A stretch of 63,911 nucleotides of DNA, counting the filler, from Octopus bimaculoides (Eukaryota): the NCBI RefSeq assembly GCF_001194135.2. It is 8 parts of 8 records of this genome, joined end to end, with 100 filler letters (N's around TTAATTAATTAA, not from the genome) between each part and the next. Parts side by side here need not be neighbours in the genome. Positions count along the whole stretch, not along the records: positions 18,247 to 27,889 come from NC_068987.1; positions 27,990 to 34,379 come from NC_068998.1; positions 34,480 to 49,068 come from NC_068996.1; 5 more parts are not named here. One strand, written 5' to 3'. The notes beneath the pieces were generated by a model. That model worked only from the letters and a program-made list of their open reading frames with translations. It did no database searches and had not been told where the DNA came from. Both the position numbers and the translations under genes were made by a program. This document shows, one piece after another, positions 22,852 through 36,268 of the stretch; positions within the stretch are counted from its first letter, which is position 1; every line of letters starts with the position of its first letter.

Positions 22852-25286
22852 TATATAGGTAGGTAGGTAGGTAGTTAGGTAGGTAGATAGGTAGGTAGGT
22901 AGGTAAGTAGGTAGGTAGGTAGGTGGGTGGGTTGGTAGATAGGTAGGTAGATTGATAGAGAGAGAGAGTATGACAAACAGATATATATATATATATAGGG
23001 AGGGTAAGAGAGAGAGAAGCGAATTACACAAAATTGCCTGTTTTATCAACATAAGTTCTTGAAAGGAACATTCACTTCTTACATATTAACAATAAATTGA
23101 TCCTGCAATAATTTTATATCACGTTCAGGCTCAGCCATTATTGGCTGAACATCTATTCAGTTTATACTAGGAGATAAAGTAGTCTTATTTATTTATGCCA
23201 CATTATATCCTTATTTGGATAATAGCGTTTATGTAAGGGTTAAATACTGGATGATATAAAGAAGGATTAAACGATACTTTCTTTCATGTAAAACTGTTTA
23301 TTTGAAACATAAGATGATATATCGGATTTTAAACATTTCTGAAGCATATACGTATTGAGCACTTTTATATTTTTCTAGTAAGAAATAAAGAACCATATAT
23401 TTATATATTTGAGCGTATGAATGTGTAAATATACACATAATGTGACATCATATATATTATTACAGTATATTATATACACACTCACACACACACATAAGTA
23501 TATATATATATATATATATATAAAGAGAGAGAGAGAGAGAGTTCTAGATAGATACATATATATGCCTTTGACCGCATGATGTGTCAGTATATATGTGAAT
23601 GCATTTGAGTGTGTGAGTAGTATGTTACTGCGCATCTGGAACTATCGACAAAACTATAGATACACGTTTGTTTTTGTTGTCATCATGTCCAAATTGATTA
23701 CTATTTGACATTAAAGTGACTTTTAGTTGGCGAGGCATTTAAATCAATTTGTAAACTAAAACACTTACGTGTGCGATGAGCTTTATTTTAAGTGGATTTT
23801 TCTTTACATATATTTTTGGAATGAGTACCGATACACATACCTAATATGACTATCATTCTCGCTTATAATTATTATATATTCAAAATACTATTATTGTCAT
23901 TATTGTTATCGTTCTTGTCATTGTTGTCGTTGATGTTATTATAGTTTAGTTCATAAATAATATATAATACATCTAAAAACAAACACAATAAATATGAAAA
24001 AAAGAAATAAAAAAATGTATTTATATACTTCCTACATTCTTACAAACACGCATATATGTATTTCTACGTAGGCAGTTATGATGGATGTGTGTATACATGT
24101 GTGTATACGTTTGTGAGTATGTATATAGATAAGTCTCTCAATCTCTCTCTCTCTCGCTCTCTGTATATATATATATACATGTATAAATGTATATTAATAT
24201 ACATATATAAATATGTATATATATATGTGTGTGTTTGTATATGTGTATATNNNNNNNNNNNNNNNNNNNNNNNNNNNNNNNNNNNNNNNNNNNNNNNNNN
24301 NNNNNNNNNNNNNNNNNNNNNNNNNNNNNNNNNNNNNNNNNNNNNNNNNNNNNNNNNNNNNNNNNNNNNNNNNNNNNNNNNNNNNNNNNNNNNNNNNNNN
24401 NNNNNNNNNNNNNNNNNNNNNNNNNNNNNNNNNNNNNNNNNNNNNNNNNNNNNNNNNNNNNNNNNNNNNNNNNNNNNNNNNNNNNNNNNNNNNNNNNNNN
24501 NNNNNNNNNNNNNNNNNNNNNNNNNNNNNNNNNNNNNNNNNNNNNNNNNNNNNNNNNNNNNNNNNNNNNNNNNNNNNNNNNNNNNNNNNNNNNNNNNNNN
24601 NNNNNNNNNNNNNNNNNNNNNNNATATATATATATGTATATATACATACATTCATATATACATATATATATATATGTATGTAAGAACATATATATATATA
24701 TGTAAGTATATGCTATGTGTGTGATTACTAGCTTTGAGTGGGTCGGTGGATATTAGGCCACATGTACTGCGAGTTGAAAATGTAGAGATTTGTATTCGAT
24801 TCCATCGGTGAAATTTGGATTGATTATATTCGTAGAAAAATGACATTTTCGAAATTTAAATAATTAAATGTGTTTAACGACGTTGAAATAATTAAAATAT
24901 GAGAGCAAGCGTAGCTGTATCGTTAAGAAGTTCGTCTTGCAACCACGTAGTAATCCGTGCGTTCCATTATGCGACATCATGGATAAATATCTTCCACATG
25001 TCAACCACGTCCGATATGTACATGGACGCCTACATATGTAGGTGACTTCTGTAAACTTACACTATGCAGAAGCCTGAAGCACGCACGCACTCACACAAAT
25101 ACACACAGACGCACGCACAAACACATACACATACATGTACACTTACACTCAAGCATACACTCACATATATACACACAAGCTCAAACACATGAATGTATAT
25201 TTACATACATATATTACTCAAAGAAATTCCAGCTTTGATTTTCACATTTTATTTACAATCTTATAATAATATAATATACAATTCTA

Positions 25287-25389
25287 GGTAAATTCCACTG
25301 CTGTAAATTCCACCACAGAAAATTCCACCAGGTAAACTTCACCACAGTTAAATTCCACCGCCGGTATATTCCACCATGGTAAATTCCAC
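25287..25389. repeat. Seven ~15-bp tandem units, consensus GGTAAATTCCACC
   Basis: Units at about 25287, 25302, 25317, 25331, 25348, 25363 and 25378. Confidence 0.85.
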
Positions 25390-25597
25390 ACATAGAAATA
25401 CTTCCAATACAACCTGCTCCCGCTAATAATCACCGTGGTCTGTTTCTCTAGACCGTGTGTCAATACCTATGTTATTTAACCTGTTTGTCTTTCAGGTTTT
25501 AAGAAAGAGAGTCTGAAGGTGAGATAGAAAATAATCATTACGACTTCGTTCAGTTTTTTTTTTTTGTCAAAGCTATTATAGTTTCTATTATTATTGT

Positions 25598-27700
25598 TTA
25601 TTTTCTTTCATGCTCAAATATTGTAACATCGGGGTAATTGTTTTCTATATGGTTTGGTGTTATTACTGGGCTATGTACTAAAATCTTAACCTTTTCACTT
25701 GTTGTTACTTTTTCTATTTGCACGTTTCTGATTTTCTGCATTCTTTTCTTTACCCATCTATTTTCAGTTTCATTCGTTTTCAACTGATTGTACAATGCCT
25801 TATCATTGCTATCTTTCAACCTACACAAGCCTGACCTTTTTACTTCTAATAATAGCGGTTCTGTGGCATTTTTACATACCATGCTATGTTGTTTTCTTCT
25901 GTTATAATGCTGTGTTCCCATCCAATAAGTCCTTTTCCTCCTCTTTTTCGTGGTACATATAGTCTGTCTGTGTCACTTTTTGGGTGGAGTGTTATATATC
26001 TAGTTAACAACTTCCCTGTCTTTCTGGCTAAGCTGTTTAGTTTGTCTATTGTCCATGCGAGTAACCCTGCACCATATCTAAGGAGTGAAACTGCCCAGGT
26101 GCTGATAGTTTCAAGCTTATTCCGTCCGTTTAATTTCGACTTAAGGATCAGTTTCAGTCTGCGCAAGTACTCCACCTTAAATTTATCTGTCATTTCTTTC
26201 TCCATCAATTTATCTATTTCCAAAATCGCCAAGTACTTATAGCCCGTCTCTTCTATCTGCTTCATAATCTCCCCCGACGGTATCGTTAGCCCGTCCATAC
26301 ATTTGATTTTGCCTCTCTTCAAGACTAACACACCACAATTTCTCAGTCCGATCTCCATTCTGATATCAGCACTGAAAGTATACACCGTATCAACGAGGGA
26401 ACTGACTTGGGATTCATCATTACCATAAAGTTTGAGGTCATCCATGAATAACAAATGGTTGACTTTTTGTTGGCGGCCTTTGAATACATAGCCAGCTATT
26501 GCTTTCCTCAGAATCAGTATTAGTGGCATCAAGCACAGTACAAAGATCAGTGTGGACAGGCAGACCCCTTGGAAGATGCCTCCTCCTTATTTCTACTGTC
26601 CCGAAAATCCTTCCGTATGCTGTCAGGCCCGTCCTCCAAGTCGCCATACCTTTCCAAGCAATAGTTCAACATTCGATGCAATACAAAATAGGTTCATACA
26701 TTCCATTTTCTAAGAGTTTGGGATCATATCGTACACCTTATCGATAGTCGATCCATGACATGGCTAAGTTATTTTCATTCCTCTTGCAGTCTCTAAGTAC
26801 AGTTTTATCTATCAGTTGTTGATCCTTGGTACCTCAACACTTACACTTGCAACCATTCTGTTCATGTTGCAGAACTTCAATTTTTTTTTTTTTTTGCAGA
26901 TGTTCGTACATTGACTCTGCGAGTATTCTAGTAAATAATTTCCACATAAGTGGGAAGCGCGATATCTGCCTGTAATTGTCTACCGTATTGCTTTTTTCGA
27001 TGTTTTTCAGGCACAGCACTGTCCAACCCAATGTCAATCACTCCGGTGTTACTTGGTCGGCATTTAACAAGGTGTTGAGTTGCGCAGCTATTCGTGCATG
27101 ACATTCACCAGGTCTTTTAATCCGCAAGCCTTGAACACCATCTGGTTCCGGGGCCTTCCAGTTGCCCATTTATTTTCTGATTTCCTTCACTTCCCTAACT
27201 GAAATGACTAGTTCTGCCTGTTTCGGACAGACTACTGTTAGTTTCAGTTCTTGCAACCATTCAGCATCCTTCTTGTGCTCTTTGTCTTTGCTCCAGATGT
27301 CACTCCAAAACCATTGACTTTCGATGTTATCTGGTATCAATTTTCATCTGCATACTCTCCGTTTATTTTAATTATAGAATCTCTTCAGATCTACTCTGAA
27401 TAACTTATTCCGGTGGTAACCCTTCATTCTTTGGTCGTATCTTACCATCTTTGCTTTCTTTGCAACGAGGCGCTGTTTCAGTTCCTCCATTACCGCTTTC
27501 AGGCCCTTTCTTTCAATATTATACTTCCTTTTCGGCAGCCTGTATTTATGTTTGCTTTTAAACTCCCCTTTCTCTTTTCGGTCTAACACAGAAATTTCCT
27601 TCGAGAGCATATCTAATCCAGCCTATATCTTTTTTTCCACCATGGGTCTTTTCTTTTGTCACTCTCATTACCAGTTATTGTGACACCATCAGTAGATGTA
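25598..27700 (-). mobile_element. R4/Dong-like (RLE-type) non-LTR retrotransposon, RT region, 5'-truncated and internally deleted
   Basis: EELKQRLVAKKAK..RYDQR..GYHRNKLF, WKAPEPDGVQG-like region, VNHLLFMDDLKLY, GYKYLAILE, LNGRNKLETISTWAVSLLRY, LHPKSDTDRLYVPRKRGGKGLI, KVKIL...NNYPDV. Several frameshifts; CCHC region missing. Confidence 0.9.
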
Positions 27701-27719
27701 TCACTAATCAGGTCAGGAG

Positions 27720-27888
27720 GAGACTCTACCTGCTCCCCTCAACAGACTTCGGTGTGTACCTAGACGGCCTGCCGCAACTCTCGACCAGCGAGGCCGAGTG
27801 CTGCGAAGGACCTATATCTGCCTGGGAAGTACAGGAAGCGATTAAAGGCTGCACGAGAGGTAGATCGCCGGGTTTGGATGGTCTGCCT
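27720..27888 (+). mobile_element. L1/Tx1-clade ORF2 fragment (pre-RT)
   Basis: YLDGLPQLSTSEAECCEGPISAWEVQEAIKGCTRGRSPGLDGLP contains the (K/R)SPGxDGLP motif. Confidence 0.8.
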
Positions 27889-28868
27889 TNNNNNNNNNNN
27901 NNNNNNNNNNNNNNNNNNNNNNNNNNNNNNNNNTTAATTAATTAANNNNNNNNNNNNNNNNNNNNNNNNNNNNNNNNNNNNNNNNNNNNTTATTACTACT
28001 ACTACTTTTATTATTATTATTATTATCATTATTATTACTACTACTACTTTTATTATTATTATTATTATTATTATTATCATAGGTCATGAGAAGCAGAAAC
28101 ATAAGTAGGAATGCCGAATTAAAGGATATTTGGTATCTAGTTCGTCCTTTTTATGTTCAAGCTTTAAATCCCATCGAAGCTGATATTGTCGTTCAGCATT
28201 TTTTCGAAATCGATGAAATAAAGAACCAATCAAATATTAACCCTCACCATCACCACCACCACCACTCAAAATTGCTAGGCTTGTGCCTTAATCAGAATCC
28301 ATTATTATATTGACACTTCGAAGGGATCGAAATGAAGTTAAAATTATTAAGCATTTGAACCATGCAATCGTAACATCAATTCTCGCTCTATGACCGCTGT
28401 GTGAAGTACTTCACAGGTCACAGCAGAGTTAATTATTATCAACGTATCAACCAATCAATGATTATTTATTATATGACATAACTGTAATGATATCTAGTGA
28501 CAGTTGCAATCAGATATAATCAGAAATATCCATTAACGACTGATTAACCGTTTTGACTTCAGGGCAGTATCTCGCCGAGCTATCTCTGTGGTCAGGTTTG
28601 AGCTAGGCACAGCAAGCTAAATGGATCAGGTATAAAAACGTGCTTTGACTCTAAACAAACATCGAGTTACACATTATTTAATGCCTGATAAGCCAGCCAG
28701 GACCAACTCTATGGATGAGTTGTGCCGTGGAAGAACACAGTCAAACAATTGGAGTCCGAAACTGTACATATAAGATCAGTTGGGTATATCATATTAATGG
28801 TTTCTGCTTAGTAGCTAGATCCTATATAGAAATTACTGCTTTCGCGATACACATCATCATAATCATCA

Positions 28869-28918
<50 letters not shown>

Positions 28919-29082
28919 TGCATAGTCTAATGACTGAGACGAGTAACAGGGAAAAACAAAATACTATACTAAACACATACATATAAACCGTATGAAAACT
29001 GGTCGTATGTATATATATGTGTGTGTGTNNNNNNNNNNNNNNNNNNNNNNNNNNNNNNNNNNNNNNNNNNNNNNNNNNNNNN

Positions 29083-29123
<41 letters not shown>

Positions 29124-29134
29124 CATGTACATAT

Positions 29135-29300
29135 ATACGACGGACGTCCACACACTTTCCGTGTACCAAATTCGCCCACAAGACATTGGTCGGCCTTGGC
29201 TATGGTAAAAGATTCGCCCAAAGCGACGTGCGGTGGGACTGAACCCGAAACAAACGTGATTACAAAGCGAGCTTCTCAAATACACAATCATGCCTGCGCC
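29135..29300 (-). mobile_element. SINE family A head, degenerate
   Basis: Reverse match to the family A head and CORE-like part. Confidence 0.7.
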
Positions 29301-29533
29301 TGAAGCAGGACATTCTGATACAAAGTGATATACTGTTTTAGAGAACAGGTTTTAGTTATTATTTTATCTTTGGAGTTTAGTTGTTCGAAACCTAATCCAA
29401 TTTCTCGTGAAAATATTGTTGCTGCAGATACAATCGATTTATCACTAACGTTTGTATGACTATAATTAAACAGGACACGTAACATGCCTTCTTGTGAGTT
29501 GGAAAGCTCACATTATGGATGTAACATTAATAA

Positions 29534-29782
29534 CTACCGCGTTGTATTTCTCTGGGTCTTTCTAGAGTCTTCTACCGCTCTCTTTTCTAGCAATAAGCAG
29601 TCGTTTAGTGACAGACCTACTACGTGATGTTTTGTAGAATGTTTCTCGTAGTCCGCCCTCCGGAGGTCTCTCACGTTCCACCCTTTTGTTACTGAGCCAT
29701 ATTTTATAGCTGCCATTGCAAGCGTATTGATAACTGTAGAGATACTATTTTTCCTATTGATATGAGTTCTGCCCTTTAGCAT
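29534..29782 (-). mobile_element. Degenerate R4/Dong-like RT thumb fragment
   Basis: INRKNSISTVINTLAMAAIKYG...WNVRDLRRAD resembles LNGRNK...WAVSLLRYG at ~26100. Confidence 0.5.
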
Positions 29783-30132
29783 TCAGATTACTGTGCCAAA
29801 TTTAATGCTTGCTTACTTTGATTTGAATTAATAATACGTTATCTCGTAGTTTTGAGATTTCGATGATACGATTGCTTATTTTTAGAATTACATTATTAGG
29901 TAGTTAATAAATTTTGACCATGTATGGTCGGTTTAAAAGCTGAAAGGTTAAAACATTTGGTTTCACCCTGTCAAAATATTACTTTTTTAAAAATTGTATT
30001 CAAATTTTTCTCAGACGTAGGTTTGTTTTCGTCAGTGGTTAAATATTCAATATAGAATTGGTCAGTTTTTATATAACCATTTTCCACAGAATTCCAAACC
30101 ATCTGCTGGATTTTCCAATTTGCCGAATTGTA

Positions 30133-30350
30133 TCTTATTTTTATCGTTTATGTGTATCAGTCATTGGACTGCGGCCATGCTGGGGCACCGTCTTAAAGGG
30201 TTTAGTAGAACAAATCGACCCTAGTACTCATCTTTCTAAAGTTTGGTACTTATTCAATGGTTCTCTATTATCAAGCCACTAAGTTACAGTGATATAAACA
30301 AACCAACGCCGGTTACCAATAGGTGGTAGGGGACAAACACAACCACAACG

Positions 30351-30409
<59 letters not shown>

Positions 30410-30570
30410 GATCGAGCTTCCTCACAATTTCGGTCTACTAAATTTAGTCACAAGGTATTGGCCGGCCCGAAGCGATAGTAGAGGGCCTCCTGCCCAAGGT
30501 GTCACGGAATGGAACTGAACCCGAAATCACGTGGTTGCAAAGCGAGCTCCTTAACCACACGGCCATGCAT
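30133..30570 (-). mobile_element. SINE family A, full length, internal (CT)n(CA)n
   Basis: Collinear with the other family A copies. Confidence 0.85.
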
Positions 30571-30928
30571 TGTTCTAGTCAAAAGAAAATCTTCAGGTCT
30601 TTGTTAAATTCCTTGATAACACTAAGGAGATACGCAAATCTTGGATCATTTGCAGATCAACCAAGGAGATATGATAACAGATAAGCCTATTCTGCCCTTC
30701 ATTATATACTACTGCAGGCAAAAGACCAATCATCGAGAACTTACAGCCTAAGAATTGTCTGCTTTTACTTTATTGTTATTTTAACGAGCTACACCATGAT
30801 GGCACTTACGGTACTTCCAGCCTATTGATAAATTAGTCGTATGGTTCGAATCAACTAACTCTTTCCTCTCATATTTACTGGCTTCGTGCTTCAATTTGAA
30901 ATCATTCTTCTTCTTCTTCTTCTTCTTC

Positions 30929-31002
<74 letters not shown>

Positions 31003-31557
31003 GGGTTAAAGAGCAGCGCATGCCATTAAAGTGACACTGGGGTACAAATATACGAAGCCTAGTATATCCATCATGACTACCTGTCTGATAAGAGTACATC
31101 AGACACATACATTACAACCATATGTGCACGACCTTGTGATCTCATATCAAAATAAACAGCGCATGACCTTGCAGGTGGGGCCCAGTTAGAATATTCTTCA
31201 AGTCGAGTAGCCCACTCCGTTCAAATGTTCCTTGAATAAGGGTTGTTTAAGGAAGTTGAACGAAACTCCCGTGTTTCCAGAGGTGAATTATCCAAACACC
31301 AAATAATTCCTCTCAACACATGGCTATGATGCTCCCCCACTACTTCTGCTCATGATCAGAGATGCACATATCGTCAGCCACCAAAGGACATGCTCAACTG
31401 GTTACGGTCAAACAACTGACAAGCAAATCTGTGGTATTGAGCAGAATATTTGCTGTAGCCCATCTTTTATACCAAGACAAAACAATGTACATGATAACAC
31501 TTCCAATCAATTAAGATCAGAAGCCATGAGAGCCACTGCCTGATATTGCATCAGGGC

Positions 31558-31560
<3 letters not shown>
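31003..31560. mobile_element. Unclassified ~560-bp interspersed repeat (family F) embedded in (TTA)n
   Basis: Flanked on both sides by (TTA)n. Partial second copy at ~50135-50300 (CAACACATGGCTATGATGCT...GTGGTATTGAGCAGAATATTTGCT). Confidence 0.75.
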
Positions 31561-31618
<58 letters not shown>

Positions 31619-31620
<2 letters not shown>

Positions 31621-31825
31621 GGCGCGAGCTGGAAGAACTGATAGCATGCTGGACGAAATGCTTAGCGGTATTTTGCTCGTCGCTACGTTCTGAGTTCACA
31701 TTCCATCGAGGTCGACTTTGCCTTTCATCCTTTCGAGGCCGATAAATTCAGTACCAGTGGCATACTGGGTCGATATAATTGGCTATCCCTCTCACTCTCA
31801 CCTAAACTTCAGGCCTTGTGCCTTT
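31619..31825 (+). mobile_element. SINE family B
   Basis: Head AAGGCGCGAGCTGG directly after (TTA)n; family B core present. Confidence 0.85.
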
Positions 31826-32367
31826 ATGCTGTAACAGAAATAAGAGTTAGAAATTAAATGATTTGCAGTATTTTTAAGTTTGGTCTTTAATGTTCTCACT
31901 TGAAATCCCATCAAGTTTGACTTTGTCTTTCAGCCTTCCCAGGATCGATGAAATAAACTACTCAGTCAATAAGTAAGGTCGATGTAATTGACTCTACAAC
32001 ACTCAAAAAAGCTTTCTTTATGTGAGCGCCAGCTACAATGAATTAAATATAATCCTCTAAGGCCACTAAGAAATTTTAAATATAAGGAAAATGTAATTGG
32101 ATTTATTGTGAAAAATGTAATTATTACTAAAGAAATAAAACTGTAAACTGACATTTTAATAACATTTTTAAGATTTAAAAAGCATCGAGTAAATAACGTA
32201 AAGTGTTATTACCAAAAACGGTGAAGAACTGGCGAGAGTCGTTACAGAGGTCTGGGAGAATGTGTTGCGGTATTTTTGCTGTCTCTCCACACTTTCATTT
32301 CAGATCTCACAGCGGTCAACTCATTTCGATCCAAGTACTTTTTATTTTAGCCTGGTACTTATTCTAT

Positions 32368-32753
32368 TGGAGGCGCAATGGCCCAGTGGTTAAGGCAGCG
32401 GACTCGCGGTCATAGGATCGCGGTTTCGATTCCCAGACCGGGCGATGTGAGTGTTTATTGAGCGAAAAACACCTAATGCTCCACGAGGCTCCGGCAGGGG
32501 ATGGTGGCGAACCCTGCTGTACTCTTTCACCACAACTTTCTCTCACTCTTACTTCCTGTTTCTGTTGTGCCTGTAATTCAAAGGGTCAGCCTTGTCACAC
32601 TGTGTTACGCTGAATATCCCCCGAGAACTACGTTAAGGGTACACGTGTCTGTGGAGTGCTCAGCCACTTGCACGTTAATTTCACGAGCAGGCTGTTCCGT
32701 TGATCGGATCAACTAGAACCCTCGACGTCGTAAGCGACGGAGTGCCAACAACA
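32368..32753 (+). mobile_element. SINE family C, full length, nested in a family A tail
   Basis: A-box TGGCCCAGTGG, B-box GGTTTCGATTCC, (CAA)n tail. Duplication ACTTATTCTATTGG at 32357-32370 and 32754-32767. Confidence 0.95.
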
Positions 32754-34167
32754 ACTTATTCTATTGGTATGTATGCCGAACCGCTAAGTTATGAGTATGT
32801 AAAAACAAAAACCAACAGCGGTTGTCAAGTACTGCTGGGGAGCAAACACAAATTGCTTTCATTTTACCGAAAACGTGAAATAGAATATTAGGAGAAGGGG
32901 TCATTTCTACCTTGTCTTTTACTCTTTTCATTCTCCCTTGAAATTGACTGCATTCATTGCGCTATAACAAGAGTTCTCAACTATTCTTTTTTCTACTCAT
33001 GGACCCCTTTGATTACTATTTTATTCTTGTGGGCTCCCATAACCATTCGATGTCTAAAAACTAGTTTTATCGAAATAATTATTCGTAAACTTTTGGAAAT
33101 GTTTTGTTGTACCCTTTAAGTTCTGAGTTCAGATCTTAGAAGGGATCATATTTTTTTTTTTCGTTTCATCCGTCTGGGTCGATAATGAAGTAACAGGGTC
33201 TATCTAATAGATTAACTCCTTCCATTAACTTTGTAACCTTTTGCCTGTATTAAAAATTACTATTTACGCCATGAATGTGCATAATCGTTGGAGCGTTGGA
33301 CAAAATGTTTTGTGTTATTTTTCTTTGCGATTCTTTACTTTCTAAGTTCATATTCCACTTTTGGCCATGTCATCGTCCTTTATGCACAGAAAGAAGGCAC
33401 GAACATGGTGGCATGAATATCTTTCTGCAGCCGAAAAGACATCTTCTGATGATGCCATGGATACAAAAGGCTTTGAAGACCAAGAACTGTAGTGATTGAA
33501 CCCACAACTCTTTCTACCACATTAATCAAACCTACTAACGAATTATCTCAGTGTTTTCAGAATGGTAATATTCTCAACAACGAGGAAGCCTCATCACCAC
33601 CATCGCATCGGTAGCCACCACCGCCACCACCACCGACTTACTGAAGAACATAACTGAGAGACTAAGCGATTTATTGAAAACCTCAAGTATGAGCGCGTGC
33701 GCTTGTGTAGTTGGCTAATGAAATAAATACGAAACTAACAGAAAGAAAAAGGATTAAAACGATGCTCTCTCATTGTTTGGTATTATAAGTATTAATAAAT
33801 GATGATTTGTACCACAGACACAAGACCACTTAAGTATGAATAAGTAATGAGATCAGGAAAGTTAAGAGTAATAGAAAACATCGTTAGTAGCATAACATTA
33901 CTAGATTGTGTATACAACACCTAGCCAAGAAATGTTACACCATCTTAAGCTTTACAATGAGAACAAACTCATTAACATTACCATGATGTACTACCAGAAA
34001 CAAAAGACAATGTGAAGAGAGATAGCTTGCCGGCATAGACTTTTGTCCTTTTACTAAGCATATTGCACCTATACACAAAACATAGTATTTACAGATATCT
34101 CTACTTTAATCTAGAAATGCCTCACAAGTTTTGTTGACTATCTGAAATTGTATGCGCAGAATATTCT

Positions 34168-34352
34168 ACTGGTACTCCGTCGGTTGCGACGATAAGGATT
34201 CTGATTGATTCGATCAACGGAACAACCTGCTCGTGAAATTAACGTGCGAGTTGCTGGGCACTCGACAGACACGCGTACCCTTGACATAGTTCTCAGGGAG
34301 ATTCAGCGTGACACAAAATGTGACAAGGCTGGCCCTTTGAAATACAGGTACT
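34168..34352 (-). mobile_element. SINE family C-type 3' tail, variant
   Basis: Diverged match to 8275-8460. Confidence 0.75.
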
Positions 34353-34479
34353 ACTCATTTTTTTTTTTTTTTTTTTTTTNNNNNNNNNNNNNNNNNNNNN
34401 NNNNNNNNNNNNNNNNNNNNNNNTTAATTAATTAANNNNNNNNNNNNNNNNNNNNNNNNNNNNNNNNNNNNNNNNNNNN

Positions 34480-34531
<52 letters not shown>

Positions 34532-35572
34532 TCCCTCTCTCTCTCCTTTCTATCTATCGCTCCAACTTTCTAGTTTCATTGTTCTTTCTTTTTTTCCCTC
34601 TATCTATCTGTCAATCTATCAGTCTATTTTACTGTCTAACTTACTGTCTGCCTGTCTATCTATCTATTAATCTGTCTGTCTGTGTGTTTGTCTGTCTGTT
34701 TGTCTATCTCTCTTTCGAATCGGTTACGTTGTACTCTGAGAAAGATTGCAGGGAATCACTCGCAGCATCCGTTCCTCCAGAAATTGGAGAAGGATTAGAC
34801 GGAAGGTGTTAATAAACACTTCTCATGGAAAAAGAAAAAAGAAACAGATCTGTTGCTGGAAGAGTTCAACGACTGCCCGTTGTGCAGTACAGCATGAAAC
34901 GGAAGTTAAGATTAAGATACACTAACGGGTTAAATGGATACTGTTATTCATATTTAAATTAGATATGCAACGGTGGATGCAGGCACGACTGAATTCCCTA
35001 AGCAGTACGCCATGAGATTCCAAGTTGGTTCCCTCTGCGTGACATCTTGGGCAAGTGCACTTATCATGACATTAAAAGTCGATGCAAACCTTATTTGTAA
35101 AACTGGAAAGACAGAAACTCTCTAGAAGCTGCGTTTGTAATTCAAAGAGCCAGCCTTGTTACCTTTTCTTTTTTCTCATGTTAATTCTACCAGATAGTTA
35201 TGTCAAGGGTACACATGTCTGCGGGAGGCTCAGCTACTTTACACACTGATTCAATGAGCAGTTTGTTAAATCGATCAAACAGCTTAAATCTTTTCTTTTT
35301 CCTTTTCTTTTTTTTTCTTTTTTTTTTTTTTTTTTTTTTTTTNNNNNNNNNNGTCAAGTACACAATTTCGACATTCAGTTAAAAGTATTTTGTTTACCTT
35401 GATAAACAAAATGTTCGTGGGAAAGGAATGAAGATCTCGATATGCTCCTCATTAAAAAAAACTTTTTTTTAAAACAACAAAAAACAATTATAAATAGAAT
35501 AATTTTTATTTGTCGTCTTAAAGGAATAAAGATCTCTTTTGTCTTGCTAAGCTGAAACGTATTCAAGTGGTT

Positions 35573-35941
35573 ACTCTTTTACTTGTTTCAGTCATTTGAC
35601 TGCGGCCATGCTGGAGCACCGTCTTTAGTCGAGCAAATCGACCCAGGACTTATTCTTTGTAAGCCTAATTTATCGATATCTTTTTTGCCGAACCGCTAAG
35701 TTACGGGGACATAAACATACTAACATCGGTTGTCAAACGATGGTGGGAAAACACACACACACACACATGTGTGTATAAGATGGGCTTGTCTCAGTTTCCG
35801 ACTCCCAAATCCACTCGCAAGGACTTGGTCGGCCTGAGGCTATAGTAAAAGACACTTGCCCAAGATGCCACATAGTGAGACTGAACCCGGAACCATGTGG
35901 TTGATAAGCAAGATGCTTACCACACAACCACTTCTGCGCCT
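35573..35941 (-). mobile_element. SINE family A, full length
   Basis: Collinear with 10518-11081. Confidence 0.92.
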
Positions 35942-36019
35942 GGTTGTCTTTTTAAAAAAAAATTTTTTACTGTCACTAAAGTCACTTGCTTGATTTCAGT
36001 ATTTCAATATCATTAGCCT

Positions 36020-36230
36020 TTATGAACAAAGAAGTCAAGCAGCTCGAAGAAGAAAACATTCTGACCCTCGAAGCAAAACGCCAAAGAAAAAAAAAAAAAA
36101 GACAACAATCCGCAGCCCTTCCTTGCTTGCAGATTTTGTAGCAGAACTTGCTCATCAAACATAGAAAGGATTAGCCATGAGAGAAACCGCAGGAAGAAGA
36201 CTATGAGGACCTAATTAAGACATTCTCCAC
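36020..36230 (+). mobile_element. RTE (BovB-like) ORF C-terminal fragment
   Basis: KQLEEENILTLEAKRQRK... then (frameshift) ACRFCSRTCSSNIERISHER, resembling the terminal CxxC..C.S.IG..SH.R finger of RTE ORFs. Confidence 0.6.
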
Positions 36231-36268
36231 TTCTTAGACCGTCTGTCAAAACGTAAAGAGCCATTACA

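Noticed and set aside
31003-31560. Possible hammerhead or HDV-like ribozyme in family F
   Set aside because: No CUGANGA/GAAA core and no HDV P1-P2 nested pseudoknot could be built by hand on either strand.
32368-32445. tRNA gene calls for SINE heads (families A, B, C)
   Set aside because: A and B boxes are present, but there is no complete cloverleaf and they continue into repeat bodies with TSDs; these are SINE heads.
33345-33495. Open frame HIPLLAMSS...KKARTWWHEYLSAAEKTSSDDAMDTKGFEDQEL* as a terminal exon
   Set aside because: Weak AAG acceptor, adjacent to degenerate SINE-like sequence, no recognisable homology; 50 open codons is within chance.
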